This document shows positions 41,376 through 55,457 of a stretch of DNA of 64,000 bases, one piece after another; position 1 is the first letter of the stretch; each line of letters starts with the position of its first letter. The notes under the pieces were generated by a model. That model ran no database searches. It was not told the origin of the DNA and was given only the letters and a program-made list of their open reading frames with translations. A program made the translations under genes and the position numbers. The DNA comes from Paramecium tetraurelia. Lineage: Eukaryota. The stretch is from NCBI GenBank assembly GCA_000165425.1, contig CT868318.1, forward strand, positions 275,067 through 339,066, written 5' to 3'.

Positions 41376-44300
41376 TCACAATTATTTGAGTGAACTTATA
41401 GTCTTTGGTTCTAATAAAATATCATAGGGAATAAGAGTTAAACTCAATCTCATTAATTAAAGTCTTGCTGTTATTTATTTTATCCATTTATAAGACATCA
41501 AAATAAAAATTAGAAATACACTTAATCCAGTCAGATAGACATATATTTAAGTAAGAGTGGTTGCCTAATTTAACTTCGATTAATTCTATTCAAATAAATT
41601 ATATCCAACGGTGCTTAATAATTTTCCAGTATCCAGAAAATACTCCACCTATTAGGTAGTATGTACTTTAGATTTCAGATATTGACTTATTTCATGAGCA
41701 CTATCGGTGCTTAAATTTTTATTGACTAATTCGGTGTAATAGTACATCTGTAGAGTTTTGCTGAATTCTTAAACCATATTAATTATTCCTCCAGAAACAT
41801 ATTCATAGTTATTATCTTCTGCCACAGGTTAACCGTATTGATCTATGAAACTCTTAGGGACAGTAAAATTAACATCACTTTAAATTTGGATATTGCAAAA
41901 AGGAATTTCTGAACTCATGAAATTACATAAACTTTGTTCAAAATACATGAGTAATTCCATTTTTTATGTTTCCATCAATCCTGAATTTCCAATAAGAGAA
42001 TCATATATTTATTTCATACTATCTTGAAATCCATTATATAATTAATTGAATAGATCAAGTATGACATCTACTTACATATCTAAATTTTTATATTGATTTT
42101 GCAGATATTATTCTATAATCTTTTAAGATTTAATGACTTCACTGTAAACAATTAATGAATCAAATCTAAATTTGAATCTAATCAATTATAAATTTAAATT
42201 GAGTGTTGGTTTAATATCAGAAACTTAATTTACTGTTACAAGAATGGAGCCAACAATAAAAAGACAAAATATCAACCATGCCACTATCAAGTAAAAGTAG
42301 TTCATTCTATTAACCAAACTTAAATCATATATCCTTTAAGCAAGAGAATTGCTCTAATAATTTCGTTTAGACTTTGATTTAGTTTTTGTATTTTGATAAT
42401 TCGATCTCGAAGCTGAAGTTGTCTTTAAGCTCTTGGCAACAATCATTTTATTTTAATCATTATTATTTTCTTTGCCTTCATAATTAAGATCAAAGAAATT
42501 TATTTTCTTCCACACCAATTAAGTTGGTTCTGAAAGAACACTCTTTATATCTAACAATTTATCGATAGTCTCTTCTGCAGCTTTGTATGAGACCCTGGAT
42601 ATCAGCATTAATATTTATTTCTCATACATGGTAACGTTTTAAATCTAAAATGTAACATATAGAATTATGCCAGTTACTATGCCCAAGATTATCATGGTTA
42701 TTTATAAAACATCGTTAATTATTTTATCCTAATAATATATAAGATTTTCATTTAACAAAGTGATATATTTAAAAGCGAATTGATATATATATGGCAAATT
42801 GAGTCGAAAAAATAATACATCTTTATAACTGGTAATATTGTTAAATTTGTCTATGAAATTAAATGCATGAATTTGAATTAATTAAATCAGCTATGTGAGA
42901 TCTAATTATTAAGATTAAGCTTCATACTCATTGATATTTATGAGTTATAAATCATTAGTTATTATTTGATCCTCATATTAAATAATTCCTTAATAGAGCT
43001 CATTTAATTTAATATCAATTATCTCTTTCATAGATTAAAGTTCTTGTTCATATTATTTCTAAATAAATTCGCTGTATTTTACAAGTTCCAATTCCTAAGT
43101 CAATTACATCCATGAAATATAAGCAGTTTTAATAAAGTAAAAATTTAAGGTTTCTGGAAAAGTCACATAATTGATGTTAGTTTAAAGAACATTGTAATTT
43201 TCTAAATTTATATATAATCATACATTGTATTATTTACATTTTTACAAATATTAAACATAGAAATAGAATAGCCATCAAAAGCACACTAAGAACTATTAAT
43301 TTAATATTCCCTTAGAAAGTGTTTATTGAATAGAGCTATCTAATTAACATAGATGGAGATTTAGATGAACTCGTACGTGACGAACTAACAGATCTTTTTT
43401 ATTTATTATCTTCCTCTTCATATTCACTATAAAATAGACTACGAAAATTACTTATTCTTTTTTTTCAATTGTCTATTTATTTATAATATCTCCATCAAAT
43501 CTGCCTTCACAACCTCATTATCATGATCTGAGGAATTCTTGGCTTAATTTTAATCAATTTCTATTTAAGATTCATCTTTATCTTTACTTAAGTTTCGAAG
43601 ATTACTTGATTATTATAATTATTGTTATTGTAATTCTTAATCTTACTCAAATTACTAAATTAATTAATTAATTATATACCCTAAAATGACCATCTATCAT
43701 TTAAAATTCAAATTCATCATCTTAATCTATTTTCTAAAGAGGTATCTACCAGAGTTATGGTCCTTTATCTCTCTAAATAGTTAGAGATAAATTATTGTAT
43801 TCATCATTTATCCTATCTTCATACTCTTTTGATTTAACTTCATTGTACATACTTTATTTAGATTTCTCATTCTAAAATTAAGATTTTTATTATTTTCTTA
43901 ATTCTTTGATATATTTTTAGTCATAAAGTTGTTAATTTATATTAAAGTTATTTATTGATCTATCTAAACTATCGATATGACTATCAGGATAAGTCTTATT
44001 AAATACTACAGTTTAACCTGCATTGAGTTAGAATTCTATAATTTTGTTAATACTTGGGTATTTATTAAAATGTTTATTTTCGGAATTTATTTCTGTTATG
44101 TGATCTAATTCTAAGACAAAAAAGTTATATTAAAATGACTTTACTTTTAGTTGTTGTTATAGTAGCCTAACTTTTGTTTTTAGAATTGTAAATTGCTGGA
44201 ACAATTCTTTATGAATTTACATAAATTAAAGAGAAAAATCAATATTCTCTAAATCAGTAATTTTATATAGATGGTTCTTGTCCTGATTATTATCCTAAGA

Positions 44301-47150
44301 ATATAGACTCTTTGTCAAGCTTTTCCAAGATCTCCATGAACTCAAATTCTCACTTTCCAATCCAAAATCAACTTTTTATCCAAACTTATCATATTATTCC
44401 TTGATAAACAGGGAATTAAGTTCAATCAAATTAAAAGGAATGTATAATAAAGTATCCTCATTGTCCAATATGAATTCATCTAATTTTTCTTTATTCGATT
44501 ATTCCAACTACTTTAAAGATGATAATATTGATGGAAAAATTAAAAATACCCTGCAAAACTCTTTAAAAAAATCTATTTAGATTTGAGGATTGATTTTTTT
44601 AATAAGATCATACAATTTTTCACTTATTCCTATAATTTTCCCCTCAATGTCAAATAAAATGGTTTAATTTGATAAGTTACATTTCAACATTGATGCAGTT
44701 ATGACATAATCATCCAACTCTTCAAATAAATTCCCTAATTTAATATAAGACTTTTGAATGAATCCTTTAGCATTCTCATAATATCCGCTAATCTTTTTAA
44801 CAAAAAACTAACTATATCCTCTTTGCATATATTGATCAATCAATAATTCATGTGCTGGCATAATAGACTTAGGTAATAACTTATGAATATTAGAAACGTT
44901 ATCTTTAAAATTATTACTATCTGCATATTAAAAGAAATTAGCTAATGCTAACTGGTTCTTATTAACTATCTTTCCCTTATTTTTAACTAGACTGACTAAT
45001 ATGATGGTAGTTCTATCATTTAACAATTAAAAATTATCAATAATATCTATTTCTTTTTATCTATCATTTGAAGTAAGATCTTTAACGTACTATTCGATGT
45101 AGAAAGACTAAGATATTTATTATTAGATTTACTCTATCATAATCGTTCATCATTATAGAATAGAATAAGGAATATAGTTTGAGTGTGATACAGTTTATAT
45201 TTAATTGAGCATTACTTAATTTTTTAACTTAATGACCCTTGCTAGTAGTGACTTTTAAATCAAACCATTCTTCAGGCACTCCAATATATTTTTCCAATTG
45301 CATTTTCAACTAAAATAGTAATTCTTTATAAAGTACCTATTATATTTTAGCACATAGTTATTGAGTATTCTATTAGAAAGGATTCAGACTTTGATATCCA
45401 ATCATTAGATTACTCCAATGTTCAACCTTTAAATTAAGTAAGTAAATATAATCTTTCAATAAGCTTTCATACAAATTTTGGGTCCACCATTGTTACTATA
45501 ATGAAATCTCTATCAATTAACTTTTTTATTCTTAGATGAGTACATCTTTGGATGTTTGTCTTTGTTGATTATCCAAAATTTAGACTTGAAGTTGATCCGC
45601 TAATTTGTTTGTTATTTCAATAAAATAAATAGAATTGTTATTGTTTTTACTATTTTGGTATTTTCTTAATTCTAAGTATCCAAGCAAGGGTTTTGAGACT
45701 ATATCAGAGACAAAACTGATATATTGTAGTTGTAGTTATTCAAACTATAAATCTTGATTTTAATTAGCTCTAATTCAATTAATCAAAATAAATTACAACG
45801 AAAATAACCATTATTGAGCAGTTTTAAATATGCATTTAATGATACTTAAAGATAATTAATGAAGGTCTTTCTTTTAATCAAGGTCTACCTATCTAAATTT
45901 AAAATCCTAAGAATAGCACTTTTTATTTTTGCAAAAATATTTATGGGTCCTTATGTATTATTGAAACTTAATCTAACATTCTTAACTCTAATTTAATTTG
46001 TCATACACATACTTTATTGTAATCGAGATATAGCTTATAGAAATAATCAGCAGTGATGATTAAATGTTTCTCTTTGATCTATGTGTTGGTATTAGAATTT
46101 ATGATTGCGTAGTAATGAAATTGCAATGCCAATCCTTGTCCAATCACATATATCAATGGTAATGGGATGGCCATAAGAAAGAACAATTAATTTTCATCTA
46201 TTTTATCTGAAAATCTATAAATAGTTAGAACCACGACTATCCAAAATTATATAAAAGTCATCGTTATTGCAGGTAGTCGAATTGGATCTCTGTAAGGATA
46301 ATTGTTTAATTAGTCAATTATTTAATTTATAGTAAATAAATTTGCTAGTGCATATTTAATAGCATCAGAAAGAGTAAACTATTATTGAATAATGTATTAC
46401 AAATTCGTAATTATAATGAAAAAATATAATAGCCAGTACTATTGTATTATTGAATAATAATAAACTAGAGTATCTTCTTTTTAGAGAGTTGATTTCGTTG
46501 AATCTGTGATTTCTCATTGTGTATATTAATATTTGACCATTAAAAAAAGAAATTAAAAGTTAAATAATGGAGAGCACTTGTAGTAAAGGTATAATTTCGC
46601 ATTGCTTAAAAGGAATCAAACTTAATGAGTTACATGATAATGTACTAAATGACAGTACTGCAATTTATAAGTAGATAACTGGATAAGTTACGAATATCCA
46701 ATGCAATAGTTCATTAAATTATATCACCCAGTTTTAGATATTGCTATTTAAAGTGCCTTTATCACTATTCTTTATCAAATTAGCAGTGTATAATCGAATT
46801 AGAGTTGAAAAGCATAAAAATAAAAATAGAATCAGTTGAGATAAAAATGAAATTGTAATTATTATGATTGCTAAAGAGGAGGACAAGCTCTATTTTAAAA
46901 GGCTATTAACTAGAAAAAATTCTAAGAAACTTTGAATAAAGTCTAATTTAAAATCTGAATATCTTTTGTCATAACTTGTTTGAAATATGATTGCCAGCAA
47001 CTAAAATTAATTTATTGTATGCAAAATTATATAGAATGAATAATCCATCTAATCTAATATCATAATTTATACTTTATATTTTGGTCTAATTTCGATTCCG
47101 TACAACATTGTTTGCATATATCCTCTAAAGAACTTTTTTAATTTTTCCAT
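41376..47150 (-). CDS. Large multi-pass membrane protein with PAS domain (ciliate-expanded family)
   Basis: N-terminal TM cluster, then a PAS-like segment IILVSLVKNKGKIVNKNQ...NIHKLLPKSIMPAHELLIDQYMQRG...YENAKGFI (~44750-45010). Further TM helices follow. Ends LTLIPYDILLEPKTISSLKQL-TGA. Confidence 0.8.
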
Positions 47151-47445
47151 AGAATAATTAAATTATTTTTTATAATATTGCTTAAAAGACAAATATTTTT
47201 AAAATAAGAAGTGTTCAAAAGCCAAATCAATAAAATTGTTCATAATCTGATAAAAACTACAAGATTATTGAATCAATTAATGAAGCCGTATTATACAATG
47301 ATATTTCTATTAATATTTTAATAATAAACTCAAAGAAGCTCAAATATATACTTTGATGTCCTTTATCCTAAGTTCAGCTGAGATTCTAAATAAAGAATAA
47401 ACTTGAGGCATCTTTTTTATAAAATAATTTTAATTAATTGTATTA

Positions 47446-47809
47446 GTGAAATACATAGCTCCTTGTGCTTTACACTTTTTAAGAGGAAACAACGACCCAG
47501 TAATATTTACCTATGATTTAAGGCTGAGGATGATGTTAAAAAATTGCTTAAACAAGCTGAAATTGAACTAATTGCTGCACACGTTAAGAATATCGTTAAC
47601 TCATTGAAATAAAAAAAATTGAATCGTATTATAAAAGAAAGGTACAAGTTATTGATAAATTTATCAGTTGAAGGAGGATCATGTAATTTCGAATTCGTAA
47701 CTATTAAGTATAAAGCACTCCAGAAGCAAAATCAGCTGCCTAAACAGCTCCAATATCAATGGCTGAAGAACCAGAAGAAGATGTTGATATAGGAGGATTC
47801 TTTGATGAG
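47446..47809 (+). pseudogene. RPLP2: 60S acidic ribosomal protein P2 pseudogene
   Basis: GTG in place of ATG, then KYIAPCAL..GNNDP/AEDDVKKLLKQAEIE..VKNIVNSLK..LNRIIKE and C-terminal EEPEEDVDIGGFFD. Many non-conservative changes, and no stop at the expected position. Confidence 0.8.
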
Positions 47810-48914
47810 TATTTATTATATTTCATGTAATCCAAAAATGATTAATAGTCTTTGATATTTTATTGATTTCTCTAAGCCTTTAATCAACGATTTAGACTAC
47901 TTTTCAAGCGTTGCCTGTTGGCTAGCTGTCCTGTTTATTTCAAAGTAAAAAAAAAAAATCCATTATATCATCGGCGCCAATCTCTCTATTACTCTATTTT
48001 TTATGGGTTTTTTAATAATAATTATCATATAACAAAATATTTAAACAACAGGATAATTTCTACAAATTTCAATTTTAAATTAAAAGTCAGTGATTTTTTG
48101 AGAATATAATTAAAGGATAGAATTAATTACATTCCATTTCCATTTTGATAAAATAAATAACGGTTTAAAAATCTTAGTTTACTAAAGCCAAACGTTTTAA
48201 ATAAGTTGTGGAATAAAATATTAATTAATTATAAAAAATAAATACCTTAAATAATATTTTAATATATTATCGTTTTTTATTTTTTAATAAATCTAATATC
48301 TTAGAGTCTTGTTGAGTTTTGGTTACTAAATTCGTAATTCCAATAGAAAGACTAAATTTGTCAAAAAACCTTAACATTCGAATATATAGTATTTCTAATT
48401 ATTGATAAATAATATGATTCAAACCTTCCCCAATGTCTATGTGGATTCTCAGAAAATTAAGTTAAAATAATTCTGTAGGTTCACAAAAGTTTGTTAATTA
48501 ATATCTATTATTACCAATGTATACTATTTATATAACAAAAGTTGTTTTCAATTTCAATTTCAAACTACAATATTCTTTAATTAATTATTATTGAATTGAT
48601 GTCAACAAGAAAGATAGATTTTTCAATTACTTTCAAAGGGTTATTAATACAAGAAAGTTCAAGAAAATATTAAAAATAATAGAAAAATCTTAGAATTTTT
48701 CAAATCCTAAGATTTTTTAAATCTTATCTACAAATATTTTAAACTCAATAAATTCATACTAATATTAAGTGATAGAGAAGAATTTAGATAATTTATAGAC
48801 TGCTTTTCTTATATTAAAAATACGTGAAAATTAAAAACAAATAAGATTTATTACAATTTAAGTGTGAGATGTTTGAGATTAATAATCAAATTTATTAATA
48901 TCCTAATAACTCAG

Positions 48915-49684
48915 ATGAATATGACAGTTAAGCTAATCAGAAAATCAAAGAAATAGTATATACACTCTCTTAAACATGGTAATGAAAGTAATAAGGAATA
49001 AAGTGGACTTTAATAGTTACCCAATGAATCATTTTAATCTAAATAAAATGTTGAAAACTTAGTATATGATAACGACTCATCCCTATAGAGTAGTTCATAC
49101 AATAATTGTACCATTTTAAGCTATATTTAGCAGTTGGTGATATAACTGAAAATTTTGAAAGCGTTTATTCGCATAAATTGATGAATAAAAATCATTAACA
49201 GATAACCAAAGCCTCCAATGACTCAAAAAACAAATAAATACGCTATACTGTTAAAAGGGAGAAGGATATGAAACGAAAAAAATAAAAGAATAGAGGAAAA
49301 TAATTTTCTTAAGAAGAAGATTAAAGATTATTGAACTACATATTGAAGAAGGGACCTAAGTTCCACAAGTTTGCTAGATACTTTCCAGGAAAATCAACAA
49401 ATATGTTAAAAAATAGATATTATAAATCACTAAGATTTGAATGGGATCAAGTACTTGGAAGGTATGTAGATTCTTTATCATTCTTTAGTTAATATTCATA
49501 CATGAATGCCCCATCTGAAGAAATCACACCAATCATATAATAAGAATCCCCCGTATTCATGTTTGATGAATTAATTTAACTGAGATTATTTCCAGAAGCT
49601 GAAGACTTAATGTCCAATTTTATTGGTAACCTATCCTAAACATTTAATGATCTTCACAGCAGTTTTCCATCAGAGGATTATTGA
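48915..49684 (+). CDS. Single-repeat Myb/SANT DNA-binding protein (start uncertain)
   Basis: QFSQEEDQRLLNYILKKGPKFHKFARYFPGKSTNMLKNRYYKSLRFEWDQVLG. Two introns. TGA at 49682-49684. Confidence 0.82.
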
Positions 49685-50650
49685 TCATTATTTATATATA
49701 TAATACATCGAGTAATAAATTATCATCGTATAATTTTTAAATTTAGTTGCATCAATGGTCAATGAACATTACCTTCCTTGTCGAAGAGATAGAAATGCTT
49801 AGAATAGACATCTTTTATGCAGATTCCTTTTGAGATTGCTTTTGGTGTCTAAAATTCATTTATATTGATTTTCGCTATATGTTGAACTAACTTAATATAT
49901 CTTTTCTTCAGGAGACCTGCTTTAAATAAAATATATATTAAATTATCATCACTGTTATAACTTACTATAAACACAACGAATGTGGAGCTAATTCCTTTTC
50001 AATGAATATTTGCTTTCGGTTAGTTGAGGAATTAAATTATAATTTATTTTTTCTACTTTTTTTATTTTTAGAATATGTATATTAAAAGAGAATTAATAAA
50101 ATTTAAATCAAGAATTATCATTTGTAAAAATCCCAAACCATTTATGTTTGAATTTTTAGAGAAATAACAGAATGTTATATCTATTATTAAATTTGATTAT
50201 TTATTCACTCTAACTTTATACCAATGAAGATTTACTGTTTATAAGTTCTTAAGATACCTCCACAAATAATTATCTATTCGAAAGAAATATAAATATTATT
50301 TTTTACTTATTAAATAATTAATATTAAATAAGTATTCGATTAATACTTACACTTTAATTTTATATTAATAAGGCAGTATTTTCACATCTACACTCTAAAA
50401 ATATTTTAGTCGAATTTACCTTGTTTCTCTACAAAATTGCTATTATCTAGTAATTCTAAAGAATTTAGCTTAGGAAGAGGAAAAATTTATTCGTTTTAGA
50501 GTCATTATTTAATTTAATAATAAATAATAATTTAAATTGTAGTTTTTCATACTTTAAACCTTTGCTTCTGTATTGGTTACACTAATGAAAATAGAGAATA
50601 TATATTAATAATTATTTATAAATATTCATTAAGTTGGTATTTCGAAGTAT

Positions 50651-50857
50651 TCATTAATTTTGCTCCTATTTTTATGGACTCTCACTACCTTCAATTATTA
50701 TTTGTTATTAATATTAAGTTCTATTTTAAGACGAAGTTTTTTTGTATTCTCTTGAGGTTATCCCTTCTTCTTTACACATGTTTCTTCCTTATTGAATAGG
50801 AACATTCAAAAGACAAAGGTCTCGTTTATACTTAAGTTTTGTTGAAGTACAACCCAT
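50651..50857 (-). CDS. Possible small N-acylated protein (68 aa) or gene remnant
   Basis: The ORF begins MGCTSTK (a myristoylation/palmitoylation-type start) after an A-rich leader. No recognisable domain. Confidence 0.35.
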
Positions 50858-51169
50858 TTTTATTTAATTAATTAATGACTTTGTGGTTTTCAAAGATTTT
50901 AAATAGCTTTACCACAATAGTGGATATTATTTTTAAAATATTAAAGAAATAAAAGGGGCTCTATCAATTAATTGAATACTGTAATTAAAATCGATAGTTA
51001 AGTTATTTGTTTTCAAATTGCTGTTTAATATAAATTCAAGAACTTTAATATGAATATAGAAGTGCCGAACAATTAAATAAGTAACTTAGAATAAAATAAT
51101 TATAAATATTTATTTATTAATTATAATAAATATATAAACAGACTTAAGAGAAACAAAATATATGAGTTT

Positions 51170-52387
51170 TCAAAAGCAATTTTTGCTTTTTTGGGAGATT
51201 TATGAAACTACAATTATTTTGTTTCCATTAGGGTAGTTAAAGACTTCTGTCTAAGTTTATGATTCAGTCTTTATTTTTTTTCTGCTTGCCTAAATTTTAT
51301 TAAGGCATCTGAGTAATAAGGATAAGATAACAAATAATACCTTTCTATATTCATTCCATGAAAATAAGGATGCAAAAGAGCCTGTTACGCAGTTATTCTC
51401 TAAGAAGGATCAAGAATAAGCATTGAATCAATTAGGTTTACTAATAATGGAGGCATTTTTTTCTCAAGCAAGGTATGAAGGGTTCTTTCTTTTGGATCTT
51501 CAGTAATAAGAGTAGAGTAGTTTTTGAGTGAAGTCACTCCCAACCAGTTTTCTATTGATTATTATCGAGAAGTATACCTTCAACTGGAGTTCCACAGAAT
51601 TTCAGAATCTGATTGAAACTAGCGACTTCAGATGGTCCTTTAAAAGGATTGCTTTTAAAGAGCAATTAAATAAATAGCACTCCTGCAGACCAAACATCAA
51701 CCTTAGAGCAATATTTTTAACCTAATATTAGTCATTTAATAAACCAAGGAACACTTCCGGAGCCCTGTATGAATGATTTTGAATTCGTGTTGTTTGTGGC
51801 TTTTATTTATTTAAATTTTGAGCCATTCCCAAATCACAAATTTTAATTTCTAAATTTCTATATAAAATGTTGTTAGCTAAAATAGTAATATATGATCTTA
51901 CGTTTTATATCTCTATGGACGATTCCTTATTTGTGTAAGTAAGCCAAGCCTTAAAGCACTTGAAACATGATCAGTTTGACTTATTGTTCTGAGAAGGTGT
52001 CTCTTCTTAAGGCAGTTAGTAAGTCTTCTTCCATATATTCCATAATTAAGTAGGTTTTATTCTATCCACAAGCTAAATCCTTTAAAGCGACAATTTGTTC
52101 ACATTTTACGGATTTAAGTATTTCAATTTCCCTTAAGGCTTATACATTAATCTTGAATTAAATAAAATAGCAAACCCCTTAATCAGCATTGCTATGACGC
52201 AATTCTTTGATAGCAACTGTTTCTTTGGTGCGCAAATTTACACCTCGATATACAGTTCTAGGAATAAGAATAAAATATACCCGTATTGACCATAGCCTAG
52301 AATCTTTTAGAGAATGTACTTTTTTTTTAATTCATCTGTTTACATTGAAGAAGAAGATATTCGTTAGAAAGTAAATTCCTGATTCAT
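51170..52387 (-). CDS. CMGC/CDK-like Ser/Thr protein kinase
   Basis: GYGQYGTVY, VAIKEL, GINVQALREIEILK (PSTAIRE-position helix), IVHRDIKP, ICDLG, YRAPE, DVWSAG, GTP and DPSQRITAQQALLHPYF. Confidence 0.92.
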
Positions 52388-53658
52388 AGAAATAGGAAAT
52401 TTATTAATTGTATAAATTAATGCAAATTTTCGGCAAAGAATTATGATTAGGCACAATATTTTATTATCAAAAATAGAAAAAAAATTTAAATTAATCAAAT
52501 GACATAATTATCACCCTAATAAAATAAACTTGTCATAATCAGCCGATATCATGTCTTCTTATCAATAAATCTATACCAAAAATATAAATGATTTAATTAT
52601 TTATTGACTAACTACCATTCTATTTCAAAGCCTAAAAGCAATAATTAGCCATCCTTAAATTTACGCTAACTAAATAACAATAAATTATTTTTGAAATTAT
52701 GTATTAATTGCGAATTATCTGAAATAAAAATACTGGTATATTATTGAATCAATAATGTAAATACAATTTCTGAACATTAATTCACTCATAGTACTAAAAT
52801 TATTCTATGCTCTTATAATAATCTTCAATAATCAACAAATTTCATTAAATAATCCAGAAATTAATATTATTGGCTCCTTATTCTAAAGAATTTATCATTA
52901 TCTTGGATATTATGAATTCGCAATTTTATTATCATAATTTATTACAACAGCAAAATAACTTAAAATCAACATAATATATAATTAATTCATTTAAAACATA
53001 TGCTAAAAGATAAATAGAAAAGCAATAGCATAATTTGTACCGATAAAATGAATATACATCGATTTATTAAGGATTATAACATATTATCAATATACAAATG
53101 GGGTATTGAAAATTTGTATATTAAAGAGGGACTACTTTATGATCATAAATAAATTTGAATTGTAATTATATAAGAGCTATTTAAATTCAAGTATCTACTA
53201 TCAAAATTTAAGTGGAGGAAAATAAAAGAATTGCAATAAAAAATTCACAATTTTAAATGATTCCCCTTATAATACAATTATTGATATTAATGGGCATGTT
53301 AGGATATTAATGATAATTTTAGATTTTTTTATATTTTTTCTTCAAAAATCTGCTCTCATCTATTAAATAAGACTTTTTTATTTATTTACTCTTGAATAAT
53401 ATAAAGAAAAAATAAACTTAAAAACAATGACTAGCATTATGACTTAAATCGATTTTTAAAATAAATAATTATTTCTAATTTTTACTTTTTTAGAATGGAA
53501 ATAATTATTTATAGAGAAAAAAATGATATAATTTTGATAAGAGATTGTTAATTGCTAAACTCAAATGTTTCTTAACTACTTGATAATAGAACTATTGTAT
53601 AACATAATTAATAGTAGAAACACTTCTTCATAAATTATTTATATTATTTATCTATATT

Positions 53659-54459
53659 TCATATCATAATCATAATAATAGCCATGATTAAAACATAGAT
53701 TATTTTTCCTGCACAAACATCGCATTTGTTTGAACTACTTGACCATCTATAGGTGTACTTTGTTTAGTTGTAACAAGTATTTATGTTAAGTGCAGATGTA
53801 TCGGTAGCAGAAATACAACTACTATTGGCAGCATTCCATTAGCACAACTAAAATATCAATTTATTAAGTTAAGTTTAATAGTAGGTGCAAGTATTATTAT
53901 TTCCATACTAAGCACAGCTTGCTTATGTACAATTATTGAGTGTAGCATTCCATAGACATGCGTTTCCAACCTTTGAGCAAGAATTTGAATTCAATTGAGC
54001 ACAACTTGAAACTTCTGAACATCCACTATTACTCCAATAGCAAACTCCATTAGATGAGATAGTTAAATCACAGATTGTTTAATTTGAATATGATGAACAA
54101 GACTTTAAGGCTTCTTCGCTGGCGCAGTTCTTACCATCAGATTATGGGCAGTTTTTTGATTTTGCTAAGCAATCTGCTTGATTGGCTCCAGTTAATTAAT
54201 TGCAAAGTGTAAAATCAACACATCCTTTGCCATTCCACATACACTTCAAATTGTTGGCACAATTTGTTTGATCACTTATGGATGAACAAGATACGGTTGA
54301 ACATGAGCTAGCTTTTGAATCCCAAGAACATATAGGTTAAGATTGAGCACAATCCTATTATGTTGTCAAATCACCACATGTGCATTTATTAAGAGCATTA
54401 AAAGTCAATTAAGCATAGGTGATGGAGATCAATAAAATTGCCAAACTCAATTTTTTCAT
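53659..54459 (-). CDS. Cys-rich surface protein ('mini-antigen' type)
   Basis: Intronless, 266 aa. Signal MKKLSLAILLISITYA, CTC and repeated CxW...C units, TKYTYRW...CDVC and a hydrophobic tail IIYVLIMAIIMIMI. Confidence 0.9.
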
Positions 54460-55457
54460 TTTTTAATAAATATTAATATTCCATATTTTAATAATTGGGA
54501 CCTTATAATCACTGCTTTTAGCGCATACTATATTAATTATTATCGTATTTTGTTAGAATATGAATTTTGAACTCTTTTTGCAATTGCTCTCCTTAAAAAA
54601 GGAAAATAAGATTCTATTTTTCTGAAATATTTATAATTAGAATTTAGGATTAAAAATATACTAATACTAAAAGTATTACTAATAAGGAAACAAACATATG
54701 TATAAATTTGTATTAAATTGAGAAAAACATAAAGAAATAATCATATTTATCTCTATCCTTTGTGAATTTCCAATTTCATTTATAAAATCTCATTTTTCCA
54801 AAATCCTTTATTTATATTTTAATCTGTGAAAAATACTTCCTCTACATTGAAGATGAATTTACAACTAAAACCTATATTTTCTATACCTAACATTCATACT
54901 TAAGTAGATAGAGGCTCAACGGGCACAGAATTGACTGTTATTCTTAACCAAAATAGATTGCACAATCTCTTTATATTTTAAAATTTTTTTTTTGATAATA
55001 TAAATATTTGTTTTTTGCTCTATTTAACACATTAAATTATGACACTTAGTTATGACAATTCACTTTTAATTTTATCAAAATCTAATTATTCATTGATGTT
55101 GAGAACTTTATGGACTCGATTTTAAATTTACTGACCAATCTGGTACCTCAGAAATATAGAACTGAAAACTTAATCGAGATAATATATAATGTCATTATAT
55201 TTGTCAAAATTTACAAAGGCTAATATTTAGTTTTTAACTATTCATTGTATTACATGAAATTCGGAAATATGTAATACATTTTATTGTCCTAATGATTAAT
55301 AAGTATACTACAGAAAGTATTTTTGGGACAAATGTTGAATAGTAGCATATAATTTCATAGTCTTTATGCCTATATGTGATAGATAGATATATATATATAT
55401 AAATGAATTTTTCAAATAAAATTTAATAATAATTATACTGATATTGGTATATTTTAC

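Noticed and set aside
47880..47990. Locally GC-richer stretch beside an A12 run, considered as a Pol III ncRNA or retro-insertion
   Set aside because: No A/B boxes, cloverleaf or target-site duplication is visible.
52540..53450. Coding-like fragments in a long intergenic gap
   Set aside because: No sustained frame or motif. At most an unidentifiable remnant.
55381..55401. (AT)n microsatellite
   Set aside because: Short and expected at this base composition.
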